DNA of 62,332 bases, from NCBI GenBank assembly GCA_005879945.1, contig VBHX01000184.1:1-62332 (forward strand). Reading direction: 5' to 3'. The notes under the pieces are model-generated. The model was not told the origin of the DNA, ran no database searches, and worked only from the letters and a program-made list of their open reading frames with translations. Shown piece after piece: positions 1-8,813 of this stretch; position 1 is the first letter of the stretch; every line of letters begins with the position of its first letter. Source of the DNA: Chloroflexota bacterium. Lineage in GTDB: Bacteria > Chloroflexota > Dormibacteria > Dormibacterales > Dormibacteraceae. Both the position numbers and the translations under genes were made by a program.

Positions 1-1
1 G

Positions 2-1528
2 TTCGAGGTCGAGCGCACCTACTCCAAGCAGCAGATTCTCGAGAAGTACCTCAACAGCGCCTTCTTCGGCAACAGCGCCTGGGGTGCATCAGCGGCGGCC
101 AAGATTTACTTCCACAAGGACACGAAGGACCTCGACCTGGCCCAGGCATCGATGCTCGCGGGCCTGGTTCGAGGCCCGACGGTATACAACCCGCTGATCA
201 ATTGGCAGTCGGCGAAGGCGCGTCAGCTGCAGGTTCTTAACTCGATGGTGCGCGCGGGCTCGATCACGGGTACGGGGGCGGCGACGGCGTACGCGGAGGA
301 CATCTCACCCCCCCAGCACATGTTCACACCCACCAACCAGATCCTTGACGCAGGCTTCGTTCGCTATGTCACCGCGCAGCTCGTCAACCAGTTCGGGTCG
401 CAGATCGTTTACGGCGGCGGCTTGAAGGTGGTGACCACCGTCAACCAGTCGCTCCAGCATCTGGCTCAGAACGCGATCACCAACAACATCATCCAGCTGT
501 CGTATCGACACGTGAGCCAGGGGGCGCTGGTGGCGCTTGACCCGACGACTGGAGCCATCGTCGCGATGGTCTCATCGGCGAATCCGAACGGTAATGGCGG
601 CCAATACAACCTGGCCGTGTGGCCACCTCGCAATCCTGGATCGTCGATGAAGATCTACACCTACACCGCAGCGATCGCGAGCAAGAAGTACACGATGGTC
701 TCGCGTATCCCGGATGGGCGCTTCACATATCGAGACCCGGTGTCGGGTGAGGCATACACGCCTCGCAACTACGACGGGCGGTACCACGGGACACTCCAGC
801 TTCAGCAGTGCATGGGCAACTCGCTGAACATTCCCGCGGTCAAGGTGGAGCTTGGGATCGGCGTCTCGAGCGTGGTCGGGATGGCCCGCACGATGGGAGC
901 GCCGCCGTATCAGCTGCACTACGACGCGCAGGGAAACCCGAACTACACCGCCGACGATCCGCTGAACACCTACGGGCCGTCGCTGACCCTCGGCGGCTAC
1001 GGCGAGACGCCGCTGCAGATGGCGACCGGTGCGTCGGTGTTGGCGGCGCAGGGCATCCTGCGGCAGCCCTACGCGATCGAGAACATCTCTCGAAACGGCA
1101 CCCTCTTCTATCAGCACAAGAAGGACGACGGCGTGCAGGTGCTGGACCCGAAGGTCGCTTTCATCATGGAACAGATCATGTCGAACGACAACAATCGGGC
1201 GATGATCTTCGGGCGCCACTCGCTACTGACGCTGCCCAACCGCCACGTTGGCGTGAAGACGGGAACCTCGGACTCATTCGCCGATGCGTGGACAGTCGGC
1301 TACACGCCCCACCTTGTGGCCGCGGTCTGGACGGGCAACCCGGACTGGCGCCAGAAGATGACCAAGGACTCGGACAGCTACGTTGTGGCGGCGCCCGCAT
1401 GGCACACCTTCATGCAGAACGCGCTCGACGACCTGCGCGTAGGCGATGAGTGGTTCTCGGAGCCGGCGGGCCTGACCCACAAGACGGTCGGCGGCCAGCC
1501 GGCGTGGTTCCTGCCCGGAACGTCGTAA
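2..1528 (+). CDS. Class A penicillin-binding protein (GT51 transglycosylase + transpeptidase), 5'-truncated by the window edge
   Basis: The frame is open from nt 2 (FEVERTYSKQQILEKYLNSAFFGNSAWG...LAGLVRGPTVYNP = GT51 region). The transpeptidase motifs SSMK (SxxK), SLN (SxN) and KTGTS (KTG) follow in order. Confidence 0.92.
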   Translation, partial: FEVERTYSKQQILEKYLNSAFFGNSAWGASAAAKIYFHKDTKDLDLAQASMLAGLVRGPTVYNPLINWQSAKARQLQVLNSMVRAGSITGTGAATAYAEDISPPQHMFTPTNQILDAGFVRYVTAQLVNQFGSQIVYGGGLKVVTTVNQSLQHLAQNAITNNIIQLSYRHVSQGALVALDPTTGAIVAMVSSANPNGNGGQYNLAVWPPRNPGSSMKIYTYTAAIASKKYTMVSRIPDGRFTYRDPVSGEAYTPRNYDGRYHGTLQLQQCMGNSLNIPAVKVELGIGVSSVVGMARTMGAPPYQLHYDAQGNPNYTADDPLNTYGPSLTLGGYGETPLQMATGASVLAAQGILRQPYAIENISRNGTLFYQHKKDDGVQVLDPKVAFIMEQIMSNDNNRAMIFGRHSLLTLPNRHVGVKTGTSDSFADAWTVGYTPHLVAAVWTGNPDWRQKMTKDSDSYVVAAPAWHTFMQNALDDLRVGDEWFSEPAGLTHKTVGGQPAWFLPGTS

Positions 1529-1536
1529 AGGGGCGG

Positions 1537-1737
1537 CTAGGAGGCGGTGAGCGGGCGCTTGCTGCCCAGCACCCGAACCAGGTGCACGATGCGGCGGCGC
1601 AGCGGGTTCCACGCGGTGCTCCGGTCGGATTGCCGCCGTTCATAGCGAGGAGCGTTGGTCTCGGCGCAGAGCTTGCATCCGCAGCCGTGACCTGTGTCGG
1701 GCAGTCGCCTGCCTAGCTTGTCGAACCTAGCCTGCAT
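1537..1737 (-). CDS. Small 66-aa ORF with an HxxxCxxC motif (HGCGCKLC); possible zinc-binding anti-sigma-like partner of the upstream ECF sigma factor
   Basis: ATG start 60 nt downstream of the sigma gene stop, on the same strand. Third codon positions are GC-rich and the composition does not look like a shadow frame. There is no wider homology I can recognise. Confidence 0.3.
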   Translation of the reverse strand: MQARFDKLGRRLPDTGHGCGCKLCAETNAPRYERRQSDRSTAWNPLRRRIVHLVRVLGSKRPLTAS

Positions 1738-1797
1738 GTCGAATGAACCTCACAACAATCCGTGGGAGATCGTGTGACCGGCCGGAAGGGTTGGCGT

Positions 1798-2427
1798 TCA
1801 GTCTGCCGCCGCCGCCAGGCCGGGTTCGCTGACCATCTCGCTCGATTCGCTGTACGAGTGCCGCAGCATCACGCGCAGCCGGTCCTTGGCGACCGCGAGC
1901 CGTGAGGCCACCGTCCGCTCCGGGATTCCCAGCGATTGAGCGATCGCGCGGTTCGTGTACCCGTGGTAGTGGCGGAGCACGATCGCCGCGGCCTGCTTCG
2001 GCGGCAGCTTGGCAAGCGCCTCCGCGAGGTCTCGCCGCTCCACCTGCTCCTGCGGGTCAGGCGCGAGCTCGGGGCGTCCGATACGCCGGATCACCTCGCC
2101 CACCTCGCGCAGCCGCATCTTTCGCTGGTACGAGACCGCCGCGTTGATCGCGATGCGGTGTACCCACGCCTCGGCTGGCGCGATGGGCCTCCATGTGCCC
2201 CATTTCCGGTACGCGCGCTCGAATGCGTCCTGGGCGCAGTCCTCGGCCGCGGCCCGATCACCGAGCATCGCGGTCAATGTGCCGAGGATCTTGCCGTACG
2301 AGGTTTCGTACAGCCGTTCGAAGTCCGCCTCGTTCCCAGGGATGTACTTCGCCTTCAGTTCGAGTTCGGCGCTCGTCTCGACCGGCTCCTGGATCTTATT
2401 GAGCATCAGTTGCGATAACCCCCCCAA
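1798..2427 (-). CDS. ECF (sigma-70 family, group 4) RNA polymerase sigma factor
   Basis: Region 2 (AAEDCAQDAFERAYRKWGTWR...AWVHRIAINAAVSYQRK) and region 4 HTH (LPPKQAAAIVLRHYHGYTNRAIAQSLGIPERTVASRLAVAKDRL) are present. The longest ORF starts at TTG 2427; an alternative ATG lies at 2406. Confidence 0.9.
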   Translation of the reverse strand: MGGLSQLMLNKIQEPVETSAELELKAKYIPGNEADFERLYETSYGKILGTLTAMLGDRAAAEDCAQDAFERAYRKWGTWRPIAPAEAWVHRIAINAAVSYQRKMRLREVGEVIRRIGRPELAPDPQEQVERRDLAEALAKLPPKQAAAIVLRHYHGYTNRAIAQSLGIPERTVASRLAVAKDRLRVMLRHSYSESSEMVSEPGLAAAAD

Positions 2428-2597
2428 TCCAAATGAGAGCGTTGCTTTGTGACGCGTCCCCGCGAACTAAATCTCGCTCTTGAGGGGGGTCTGGGTCACC
2501 GTACGGTTGGTCGGATTTTGGGTCGCACAGTTGAGGTAGTAGCCCCGCTGATCCGAGTTCAAGTAGCAGGCTTCCAGCCCGGCGTTGATCAAGAAGG

Positions 2598-4100
2598 ATG
2601 AATCCAAGCTCAGCGGGCGCCTTTGGAAATCAGCCTGGCGACGTACTCAGTGCGCTCGCAGCCGGTCTGGGGGCCGATACGGGGCAGACCGGCCGGAAAA
2701 CGCTGAAGGTGATCCGCGCTCGTTCGCCTGAAATGCTGCGGCTGAGCGAAGAGACAGGCGAGGACCTGATCGCAACCTCGGCCGGCTTCATCGACATGCT
2801 CCTGATGTCGCTGCGGTCCGACGTCGAGCTCGACTGGTCGGCACACGAAACACGCACGCGCGAGTATGGGCGGCTCAAGGCCGCGCAGGGTGTTCCCCTT
2901 GAGACCCTCATCGACGTGCTCGCTGTTTATCGCCGTGCGACGATCGAGCTGATCACACAGCCAATCGAAGGCTCGACGCGGCGCGACGAAATCTTCGCGC
3001 TGGCGCAGAGCCGCCTCGAGGATGTGGTCGAACGGTTGACAACCTGCGTGGTGCGTGGATACCTCGAGCATCTCGACGCGGAGCACCGAACCAGGGAGAC
3101 CGAGCTGTACGGACTTGCCGCGATCGTCACGTCGATGGGCCGTTCGCTCGACATCACCGAGACCGCAGAGGTCGCCCTGGTGGAGACGATGGCCGCGCTT
3201 CGATTGAACGCCGGCGTGCTGTGGTTGAGAGAACGTGCGACTTTCAAGCTCACGCACACGTCAGGACTGGAGCCCGACCAGGTCGAGCAGTTCGCACGCG
3301 AGGCCGGACCTAACGTGAAGGCTGCAGTGACGGCCGTCGGCCGTTCGGAGTCGCGCGTGGACCGCGGCCTCGGCGGTGACTGGAATGCCCTACGTGCGCA
3401 GCTGCGTGTCAGGGGCAGGGTGGTCGGTGTCATGAGCGTAGGCACCGACATACCGCGGATCTTCGGTGCCACGGACCTGCTGTTCATGGCTGCTGTCGCG
3501 GACCAGGTCGCGATCGCGCTCGATCGCGCGCGCCAGTTCTCGAACGAGGCTCGCACAGACCACCTCACCGGGCTGGCGAATCGCCGAGAGTTCGAACGGA
3601 TCATGGAACGCGAGGTCGCCCTCGCCGAACGGCACGACCGCAAGCTCTCACTGCTGATGATCGACCTCGACAACCTGAAACGCATCAACGATCGCCAGGG
3701 GCATCGCGCGGGCGATGTGGCGCTCAAGCTCGTCGCGCAGCAGCTCCAGCGTGTGGTGCGCACATCCGACATCTGCGCGCGGATCGGAGGTGATGAGTTC
3801 GGTGTCGCCATGCCTGAGACCGACCTCGACCGCGGGCAGGAGGTGGCGTCAAGGCTGCGAGCCGCGCTGAGGGAGGCCAGCCTGGCGGCTCGCTCGCCGG
3901 AGTCGATCGAGGTCAGCATGGGCCTGACCACATGGCGGCCTGGTCAGGATTGGCAGACTGCATACGAGGTCGCTGATGGCGACCTCTACGAAGACAAGAG
4001 ACGCCGCAAAGAAGTCCGGCGCGCTCCTGCGCAGGCACGACACCCGCCGGCGATTCGAATCCTCGGGCGGACGGGTCGGCGGCGCGTGGCCGGTGGCTGA
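2598..4100 (+). CDS. GAF-domain diguanylate cyclase (GGDEF)
   Basis: The C-terminal GGDEF domain reads DHLTGLANRREFE...LLMIDLDNLKRINDRQGHRAGD...ARIGGDEFGV. A GAF-like region lies upstream. ATG start preceded by GAAGGA. Confidence 0.88.
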   Translation: MNPSSAGAFGNQPGDVLSALAAGLGADTGQTGRKTLKVIRARSPEMLRLSEETGEDLIATSAGFIDMLLMSLRSDVELDWSAHETRTREYGRLKAAQGVPLETLIDVLAVYRRATIELITQPIEGSTRRDEIFALAQSRLEDVVERLTTCVVRGYLEHLDAEHRTRETELYGLAAIVTSMGRSLDITETAEVALVETMAALRLNAGVLWLRERATFKLTHTSGLEPDQVEQFAREAGPNVKAAVTAVGRSESRVDRGLGGDWNALRAQLRVRGRVVGVMSVGTDIPRIFGATDLLFMAAVADQVAIALDRARQFSNEARTDHLTGLANRREFERIMEREVALAERHDRKLSLLMIDLDNLKRINDRQGHRAGDVALKLVAQQLQRVVRTSDICARIGGDEFGVAMPETDLDRGQEVASRLRAALREASLAARSPESIEVSMGLTTWRPGQDWQTAYEVADGDLYEDKRRRKEVRRAPAQARHPPAIRILGRTGRRRVAGG

Positions 4101-4115
4101 ACCACAGCCGGAACG

Positions 4116-4754
4116 CTATTCGATCAGTGCCAGCTCTCGTGCCTTGACGATCGCCTCGAGCTTGGAGTGGACACCGAGCTTGCTGCCGAGGCTGCGTATG
4201 TGCGTCCGCACCGTGGTGTAGCTGATCCCGAGCCTGGTCGCGATGCCGCGGCTGGGAAGGCCTTCGGCCATCAGGCGCAGCACCTCCTTTTCCCGCGGGG
4301 TGAGGCTCTCCAGCTGGGTGTCCATCTCGCGCCTCTTGTTGAGCAGCGTCGCGATCGTGCGCGGGGTGAACAGCGTGCCGCCGGACGCGACCGTTCGGAT
4401 TGCATCCACCACCTCGGCCGCAGCTCGCGACTTGTGGATGAATGCGCTCGCGCCGGCCTCGATCGCGGCGAAGCGGGCAGCGTCGCTGTCTTCTCTGGTC
4501 AGGAAGATGAGCTTGGTGTCAGGTCGCACGGAACGGATGCCTATTCCAGCATCCGCGCCGGTCCCATCGGTGAGCCGGAAGTCGACCAATGCCACGTCTG
4601 GCTTTAGGTCCTCGGCTCGCGCGATCGAATCTACCACGGATGCAACGCTGCCGACGACGACGATGTCAGGCTGGTCGTTGAGCAGCGCCGAAAGTCCATC
4701 CGCCACGACCTGGTGGTCTTCGACGATGAGGACTCTGATCTGGTTCTGGCTCAC
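4116..4754 (-). CDS. NarL/LuxR-family response regulator
   Basis: Receiver domain (IRVLIVEDHQVV...DVALVDFRLTDG...KLIFLT) plus LuxR HTH (LTPREKEVLRLMAEGLPSRGIATRLGISYTTVRTHIRSL). It overlaps the kinase gene stop by 4 nt. Confidence 0.92.
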   Translation of the reverse strand: MSQNQIRVLIVEDHQVVADGLSALLNDQPDIVVVGSVASVVDSIARAEDLKPDVALVDFRLTDGTGADAGIGIRSVRPDTKLIFLTREDSDAARFAAIEAGASAFIHKSRAAAEVVDAIRTVASGGTLFTPRTIATLLNKRREMDTQLESLTPREKEVLRLMAEGLPSRGIATRLGISYTTVRTHIRSLGSKLGVHSKLEAIVKARELALIE

Positions 4755-6514
4755 GGGGGGGACGGCACCCAGAACTCAACTCGAGTGCCGTTGCCCGGCT
4801 CGCTAGTGACCTCGCACCAACCGCCTGCCAGCAGGGCTCGCTCGCGCAGCGCAAGCAGGCCGAGGTGCCCGGGTAGGTGGTCGCGGTCCCCCACCACGAA
4901 GCCGCGCCCATCGTCGCTGATCTCGCCGTGAATGCCTCCGTCGCGCGCCTTGACGATGACCATGACCCGGCTGGCGGCCGCGTGCTTCTCGACGTTGGTC
5001 AGGGCTTCTGACACCTGCCTGAAAACGATCGACTTGATCTCATAAGGGTGATCGTCGGGCAAGGAAAGCTCGGTCTCAGCGTCGATTCCGGTCATCGTGT
5101 GCATCATCGTCACCCGATCGCGGATCGTCTCCTCGAATCCACCTGGAACCTCGAGCGCGGGAGGCCGGACCTCGAACAGCAGCTTGCGGAGCGCCAGCTC
5201 TGCCTGGTCGAGCAGGCGGCGCGCGTCGCCCACCGCCGGGTCGGTGTCGTCGACCCGCTGCAGGTGGATCTCCGCCGCGGTCAGCTTTTGCAGCGCGTCG
5301 TCGTGCAGCTCGTCGGCGAAGCGCCGGCGGGCTTTGTCCACCGCGGTGGTCATGTTCTTCAGCAGCAACTGGCGGGCCGCGTCGACCTTCTGCAGCCGAT
5401 CGATCGTGGTGGTGAGGTCGCTCTCAGCAAGCTTGAGCTGCCAGACGAGGCCGGCCGCGAGGCCCGCCATCTGCAGCACCCAGGCGTCTTCCATCGAGAA
5501 GCCTTCACGCTTCCGGGATTCGTAAGCCGCGACCACCCCGAGTCGATGCTCGCCGGCGCGCCACGGCACGCTGATGGCGCTCGACACACCCAGCACATCC
5601 AGCACCGCGCGACCCGGAGAGCCGTCTTTCGAATCGGTGGTCGATGCTCTGAAAACGAGGTCTTCGTAGACGACCTGGCTCGTGAGGTCGCCGCCGAACG
5701 GCTCTGCAGGCGCCGGGTACAGACGGGCGAGAAATACGTCGTCGATGCCGAACGCGCCCGCGATGGGGGTCAGCGTACGGTTTGAGTTCAGCTGCCAGAA
5801 CAGCACCTTGCCCGCTCCTACGAGCTCGGCGACGCTTTCGGTGAGGCCGCGATAAAAGGACGCGAAGTCGGCGCCGGTCCGCGCATGCGTCGACACCGCG
5901 AACAGAGCCTTGACGGCAAGCTCGCGAGCGCGCTCGATCTTCAGGGCGGCCTTCGCGCGCTCCTCGTTGAGCACCCGCTGCTTCTCGCTGCGGTCGAGGT
6001 CCGCGCGCATGTTGACGAGCGCCTCAACAAGCTCCTGCCTCCGCTGCTGCAGGCGCAGGATCTCCATCGCCGCGGCGACCTGGTTGGCAAGGATCGCCAG
6101 CGCACGGCGCTGCACGACGGTGTAGACGCCACCGCCAGCGACGCCCATGATGCCGATGAACTTGCCTCCGGCGATCAGGGCCAGTCCGACGTACGAGCTC
6201 AGTCCCGGCAGCGGCATCCGCGCGGCGCCGCTCGGTGAGCTGTTATCGGTGGCGGCGGCGAAGAGCCGCTCGATGTCGTCGCCAGATATCGACCGCGACG
6301 GATCGGCCGAGCGCGTGAAGACCTGGTGGCGCTTGCCCGAGTCGTCGACCAGGCCGATGAATGCGACCGAGGTGCCGGTCAGCTCTAGCGCCAGCTGCAT
6401 GGCGTGGTCGGCGACACGCGACAGGTCGCCTGCGCCCGCAATATCCGCCGAGATCGACTGAAACGCCTCGAGCCGGTCCCACAGGCCGGTTTCGGATTGT
6501 CCGGCAGTGTCCAA
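4751..6514 (-). CDS. GAF-domain sensor histidine kinase (HisKA_3 / NarX-DesK type)
   Basis: Two GAF-like N-terminal regions, an H-box ADELHDDALQKLTAAEIHL, and HATPase_c (EALTNVEKHA...DDGRGF...GLLALRERALLAGG). TTG start at 6514. Confidence 0.88.
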   Translation of the reverse strand: MDTAGQSETGLWDRLEAFQSISADIAGAGDLSRVADHAMQLALELTGTSVAFIGLVDDSGKRHQVFTRSADPSRSISGDDIERLFAAATDNSSPSGAARMPLPGLSSYVGLALIAGGKFIGIMGVAGGGVYTVVQRRALAILANQVAAAMEILRLQQRRQELVEALVNMRADLDRSEKQRVLNEERAKAALKIERARELAVKALFAVSTHARTGADFASFYRGLTESVAELVGAGKVLFWQLNSNRTLTPIAGAFGIDDVFLARLYPAPAEPFGGDLTSQVVYEDLVFRASTTDSKDGSPGRAVLDVLGVSSAISVPWRAGEHRLGVVAAYESRKREGFSMEDAWVLQMAGLAAGLVWQLKLAESDLTTTIDRLQKVDAARQLLLKNMTTAVDKARRRFADELHDDALQKLTAAEIHLQRVDDTDPAVGDARRLLDQAELALRKLLFEVRPPALEVPGGFEETIRDRVTMMHTMTGIDAETELSLPDDHPYEIKSIVFRQVSEALTNVEKHAAASRVMVIVKARDGGIHGEISDDGRGFVVGDRDHLPGHLGLLALRERALLAGGWCEVTSEPGNGTRVEFWVPSPP

Positions 6515-6701
6515 AGACAGGAGCTTATTCCCCCCTCGCCCGATTGTAGTGGCGCGCTCGGCTTCCTATGTCATGGGCTTGCCGATCAAACCTTCCGTTC
6601 ATGCAACGGATCGAGATCGCACGGTACTCGGCATGACCGCAGCGTTATCAAAGGCAAGGAGTGGAGCCTCAACGAGAGGCGTTTGCCGCGAGGGAGACGG
6701 G

Positions 6702-6971
6702 ATGAGCCAGGGATCGTTCTATTTTTCCTCGAGCGATGTGCTCGAGCTAGCGCACGTCGACCGAACGTTGACTTACCTCGCCAGGCCCGCGTCGAGCCAG
6801 GAGTGGCAGGCGCCGTTGACCGTAAGCCAGCTGATCGACCTCGGGCTCTTTGCATCGGGTCAGGCGCTGCAGAGGAAAGACCTCATCGAGCGACTGTGGA
6901 GCCGAAAGCGCCAGCTGATGCGGGAGGCTGACGAGCTGGCGCAGTGGGGACCGGACCGGCCCGTCGCATGA
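6702..6971 (+). CDS. Hypothetical 89-aa protein
   Basis: ATG preceded by AGGGAG with about 5 nt spacing. The balanced composition (MSQGSFYFSSSDVLELAHVDR...RKRQLMREADELAQWG) does not look like a shadow ORF. No recognisable domain. Confidence 0.35.
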   Translation: MSQGSFYFSSSDVLELAHVDRTLTYLARPASSQEWQAPLTVSQLIDLGLFASGQALQRKDLIERLWSRKRQLMREADELAQWGPDRPVA

Positions 6972-7327
6972 GCGCGCCGACCTGTGATTCACGATCCTCA
7001 GCGCCAATACTCGCGCTCGCGCGCGCGTTCTCTTTTTGAGATGGGAGCGAGGGTGGAGAGGTTCACGATCGAGGTCGTCAACGCCAATCCGGTTGTGGCC
7101 CGGCCGCTTGTCGTGCTGGTCGCCAGGTTTCTCGGGCCTGGACCTCTCCGGCTGAAGATGGTCAAGCTCGCGCACGAGCTGGATGACCGCCAGGTTCGAC
7201 GCGAAGCCGCGTAGGCGCTTGCTCCGACGGCTTCATATGGAGCCGTTGTAGCCGGGTCAAAGGCATCGCCCCGAGGTGGCCGTATGGGGCATGGGTACTC
7301 CCGTTGAGGTAGGCGTTTCCCCTACAG

Positions 7328-7561
7328 ATGGACGACTTCGAGCGGCTACTGGAAACGGAACTGGCATTGATGCTCGACCCCGTGGTGAGGGCCCCGGCGC
7401 CCCCACGCCATAGGCGCCCAGGCCTGCGGCCGATTGTGACGCTGCATACGACCCCTACAGCTGCGATCGGCCCGGCAGCTACGGTCACGATCCTGGCGGA
7501 CCTGCCGCTTGAGGTCGTCGCCGAAGCTGTCCCGGCCCAGCTCTCCTTACCTAGGAATTAA
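7328..7561 (+). CDS. Small protein sharing an N-terminal motif (FER.LE.EL...LDP...AP.PPR) with the ORF at 49813..50418
   Basis: MDDFERLLETELALMLDPVVRAPAPPRHRR aligns with MNGSGEFERDLERELHRILDPIGAAPIPPRRT. It is followed by the same hairpin element as its paralogue. Confidence 0.45.
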   Translation: MDDFERLLETELALMLDPVVRAPAPPRHRRPGLRPIVTLHTTPTAAIGPAATVTILADLPLEVVAEAVPAQLSLPRN

Positions 7562-7579
7562 CCCCTTCCTTCCTCTCGC

Positions 7580-7605
7580 GAGGCCGAGCCGCAAGGCTCG
7601 GCCTC
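7580..7605 (+). terminator. Perfect 11-bp stem / GCAA-loop hairpin (GAGGCCGAGCC GCAA GGCTCGGCCTC) followed by TAACTTGTTT
   Basis: Read directly from the sequence. It lies 19 nt after the stop of 7328..7561 and immediately before ilvE. Confidence 0.6.
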
Positions 7606-7630
7606 TAACTTGTTTCACACTTGTCTCACC

Positions 7631-8746
7631 ATGAGCGCCACCACTGTCGGCATCACGTTCAAGGTCACGCCGTCGGGGGCCCGAGTTCCTGCGTCTGAGC
7701 GGCAGCGAATCCTCTCCAACCCCGGGTTCGGCAAGGTCTTCAGCGAGCACATGGCGGTGGCGACATGGAGTCGTGGCCGCGGCTGGCATGACGCCGAGGT
7801 GCGCCAGTACGGCCAGATCGCATTCGATCCCGGAACCTCCGTCCTCCACTACGCGCAGGCGGTGTTCGAAGGGCTCAAGGCCTATCGACAGGAGGACGGG
7901 ACTGTGGCGGTTTTCCGGCCGGAGGCGAACGCCGCTCGGTTCCAGCGGTCAGCGCGCCGGCTCGCGCTCCCGGAGCTGCCCGCCGCCGCGTTCGTCGAGG
8001 CCATCGATCTCGTGGTCGGGCTGGACTCGGATTGGGTGCCGTCGGATCCGGAGCACAGCCTGTATCTGCGTCCTTTTATGTATGCGAGCGAGGTCAATCT
8101 CACCGTGCATCCCTCCGACGAGGTCACGTTCGTGCTGATCGCATCGCCCTCGGGCTCCTATTTCCCGACCGGCGTCAAACCCGTGACTGTCTGGCTCTCT
8201 GAGGACTTCAGTAGGGCGGCTCCCGGCGGGACCGGCGAGGCGAAGACCGGGGGCAACTACGCGGGCAGCCTGCTCGCGCAGGCGCAGGCGGCGGAGCAGG
8301 GCTGCGACCAGGTCGTCTGGCTCGACGCCATCGAACACAGGTGGGTCGAGGAGATGGGAGGCATGAACCTCTTCTTCGTCTTCGGCAGCGGTTCCAAGGC
8401 TCGGCTGGTGACACCGGAGCTCACCGGAACACTGCTTCCGGGCATCACGCGCGACAGCCTGCTCACTCTTGGTCGCGACCTCGGCTACGAGGTCGTGGAG
8501 GGTCGCGTCAGCGTCGATCAATGGAGAGCGGGCTGCGCGGACGGGTCCCTGACCGAGGTATTCGCCTGTGGGACCGCGGCCGTGATCACACCGGTCGGAG
8601 CCGCGAAGTCAGCCGCCGGCTGGTGGGCGATCGGAGACGGAAAGCCGGGCGTCGTCACGATGCGTCTGCGCCAGGCGCTCGTCGACATCCAGCGCGGCGC
8701 CGCGCCCGACGTGCACCGATGGATGCACGCCGTCCCGGCCCGCTAG
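7631..8746 (+). CDS. ilvE: Branched-chain amino acid aminotransferase (fold-type IV PLP)
   Basis: FDPGTSVLHYAQAVFEGLKAYR...FRPEANAARFQRSARRLALP...GGTGEAKTGGNYAGSLLAQ...GITRDS. ATG at 7631; the longest ORF begins at TTG 7610. Confidence 0.92.
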   Translation: MSATTVGITFKVTPSGARVPASERQRILSNPGFGKVFSEHMAVATWSRGRGWHDAEVRQYGQIAFDPGTSVLHYAQAVFEGLKAYRQEDGTVAVFRPEANAARFQRSARRLALPELPAAAFVEAIDLVVGLDSDWVPSDPEHSLYLRPFMYASEVNLTVHPSDEVTFVLIASPSGSYFPTGVKPVTVWLSEDFSRAAPGGTGEAKTGGNYAGSLLAQAQAAEQGCDQVVWLDAIEHRWVEEMGGMNLFFVFGSGSKARLVTPELTGTLLPGITRDSLLTLGRDLGYEVVEGRVSVDQWRAGCADGSLTEVFACGTAAVITPVGAAKSAAGWWAIGDGKPGVVTMRLRQALVDIQRGAAPDVHRWMHAVPAR

Positions 8747-8813
8747 ATAGACCTCCGTCTAAAGCTCACGCCCCTCTCCCTAACCATGCCCCCGGACGGA
8801 GGGAGGGAGGGAG

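Noticed and set aside
572-1219. Long antisense and alternative-frame ORFs throughout the six-frame track. Examples: 572..1219-, 2927..3931-, 5048..5785+, 9506..10267+, 15922..17364-, 17187..17912+, 25606..26895+, 27087..28277+, 32978..34471+, 53323..54120-, 57685..58542-.
   Set aside because: Each lies entirely within, and out of frame or antisense to, an ORF with clear family motifs. Their products are Arg/Ala/Gly/Pro-rich, as expected for shadow frames in high-GC DNA.
2428-2597. Possible c-di-GMP (GEMM-I-like) riboswitch upstream of the GGDEF gene, because of GCACAG... and GGTAGTAGCCCCG strings.
   Set aside because: The two strings are adjacent rather than separated by the P1/P2 helices of GEMM-I, and no tetraloop-receptor arrangement can be drawn. 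The resemblance is probably coincidental; only an Infernal scan could settle it.
7041-7214. 57-aa ORF (MGARVERFTIEVVNANP...) as a gene.
   Set aside because: It has no convincing RBS, no motif and no partner evidence, and competing antisense frames are equally open. I mention it only within the unresolved-region finding.
8751-8812. Long-range CCTCCGTC...GACGGAGG pairing and a GGAGGGAGGGAGGGAG run between ilvE and the convergent 8814 gene, as a structured RNA.
   Set aside because: The stem is only 8 bp with a ~35-nt loop. It is most simply a weak bidirectional terminator or polypurine tract, and there is too little evidence to call a feature.
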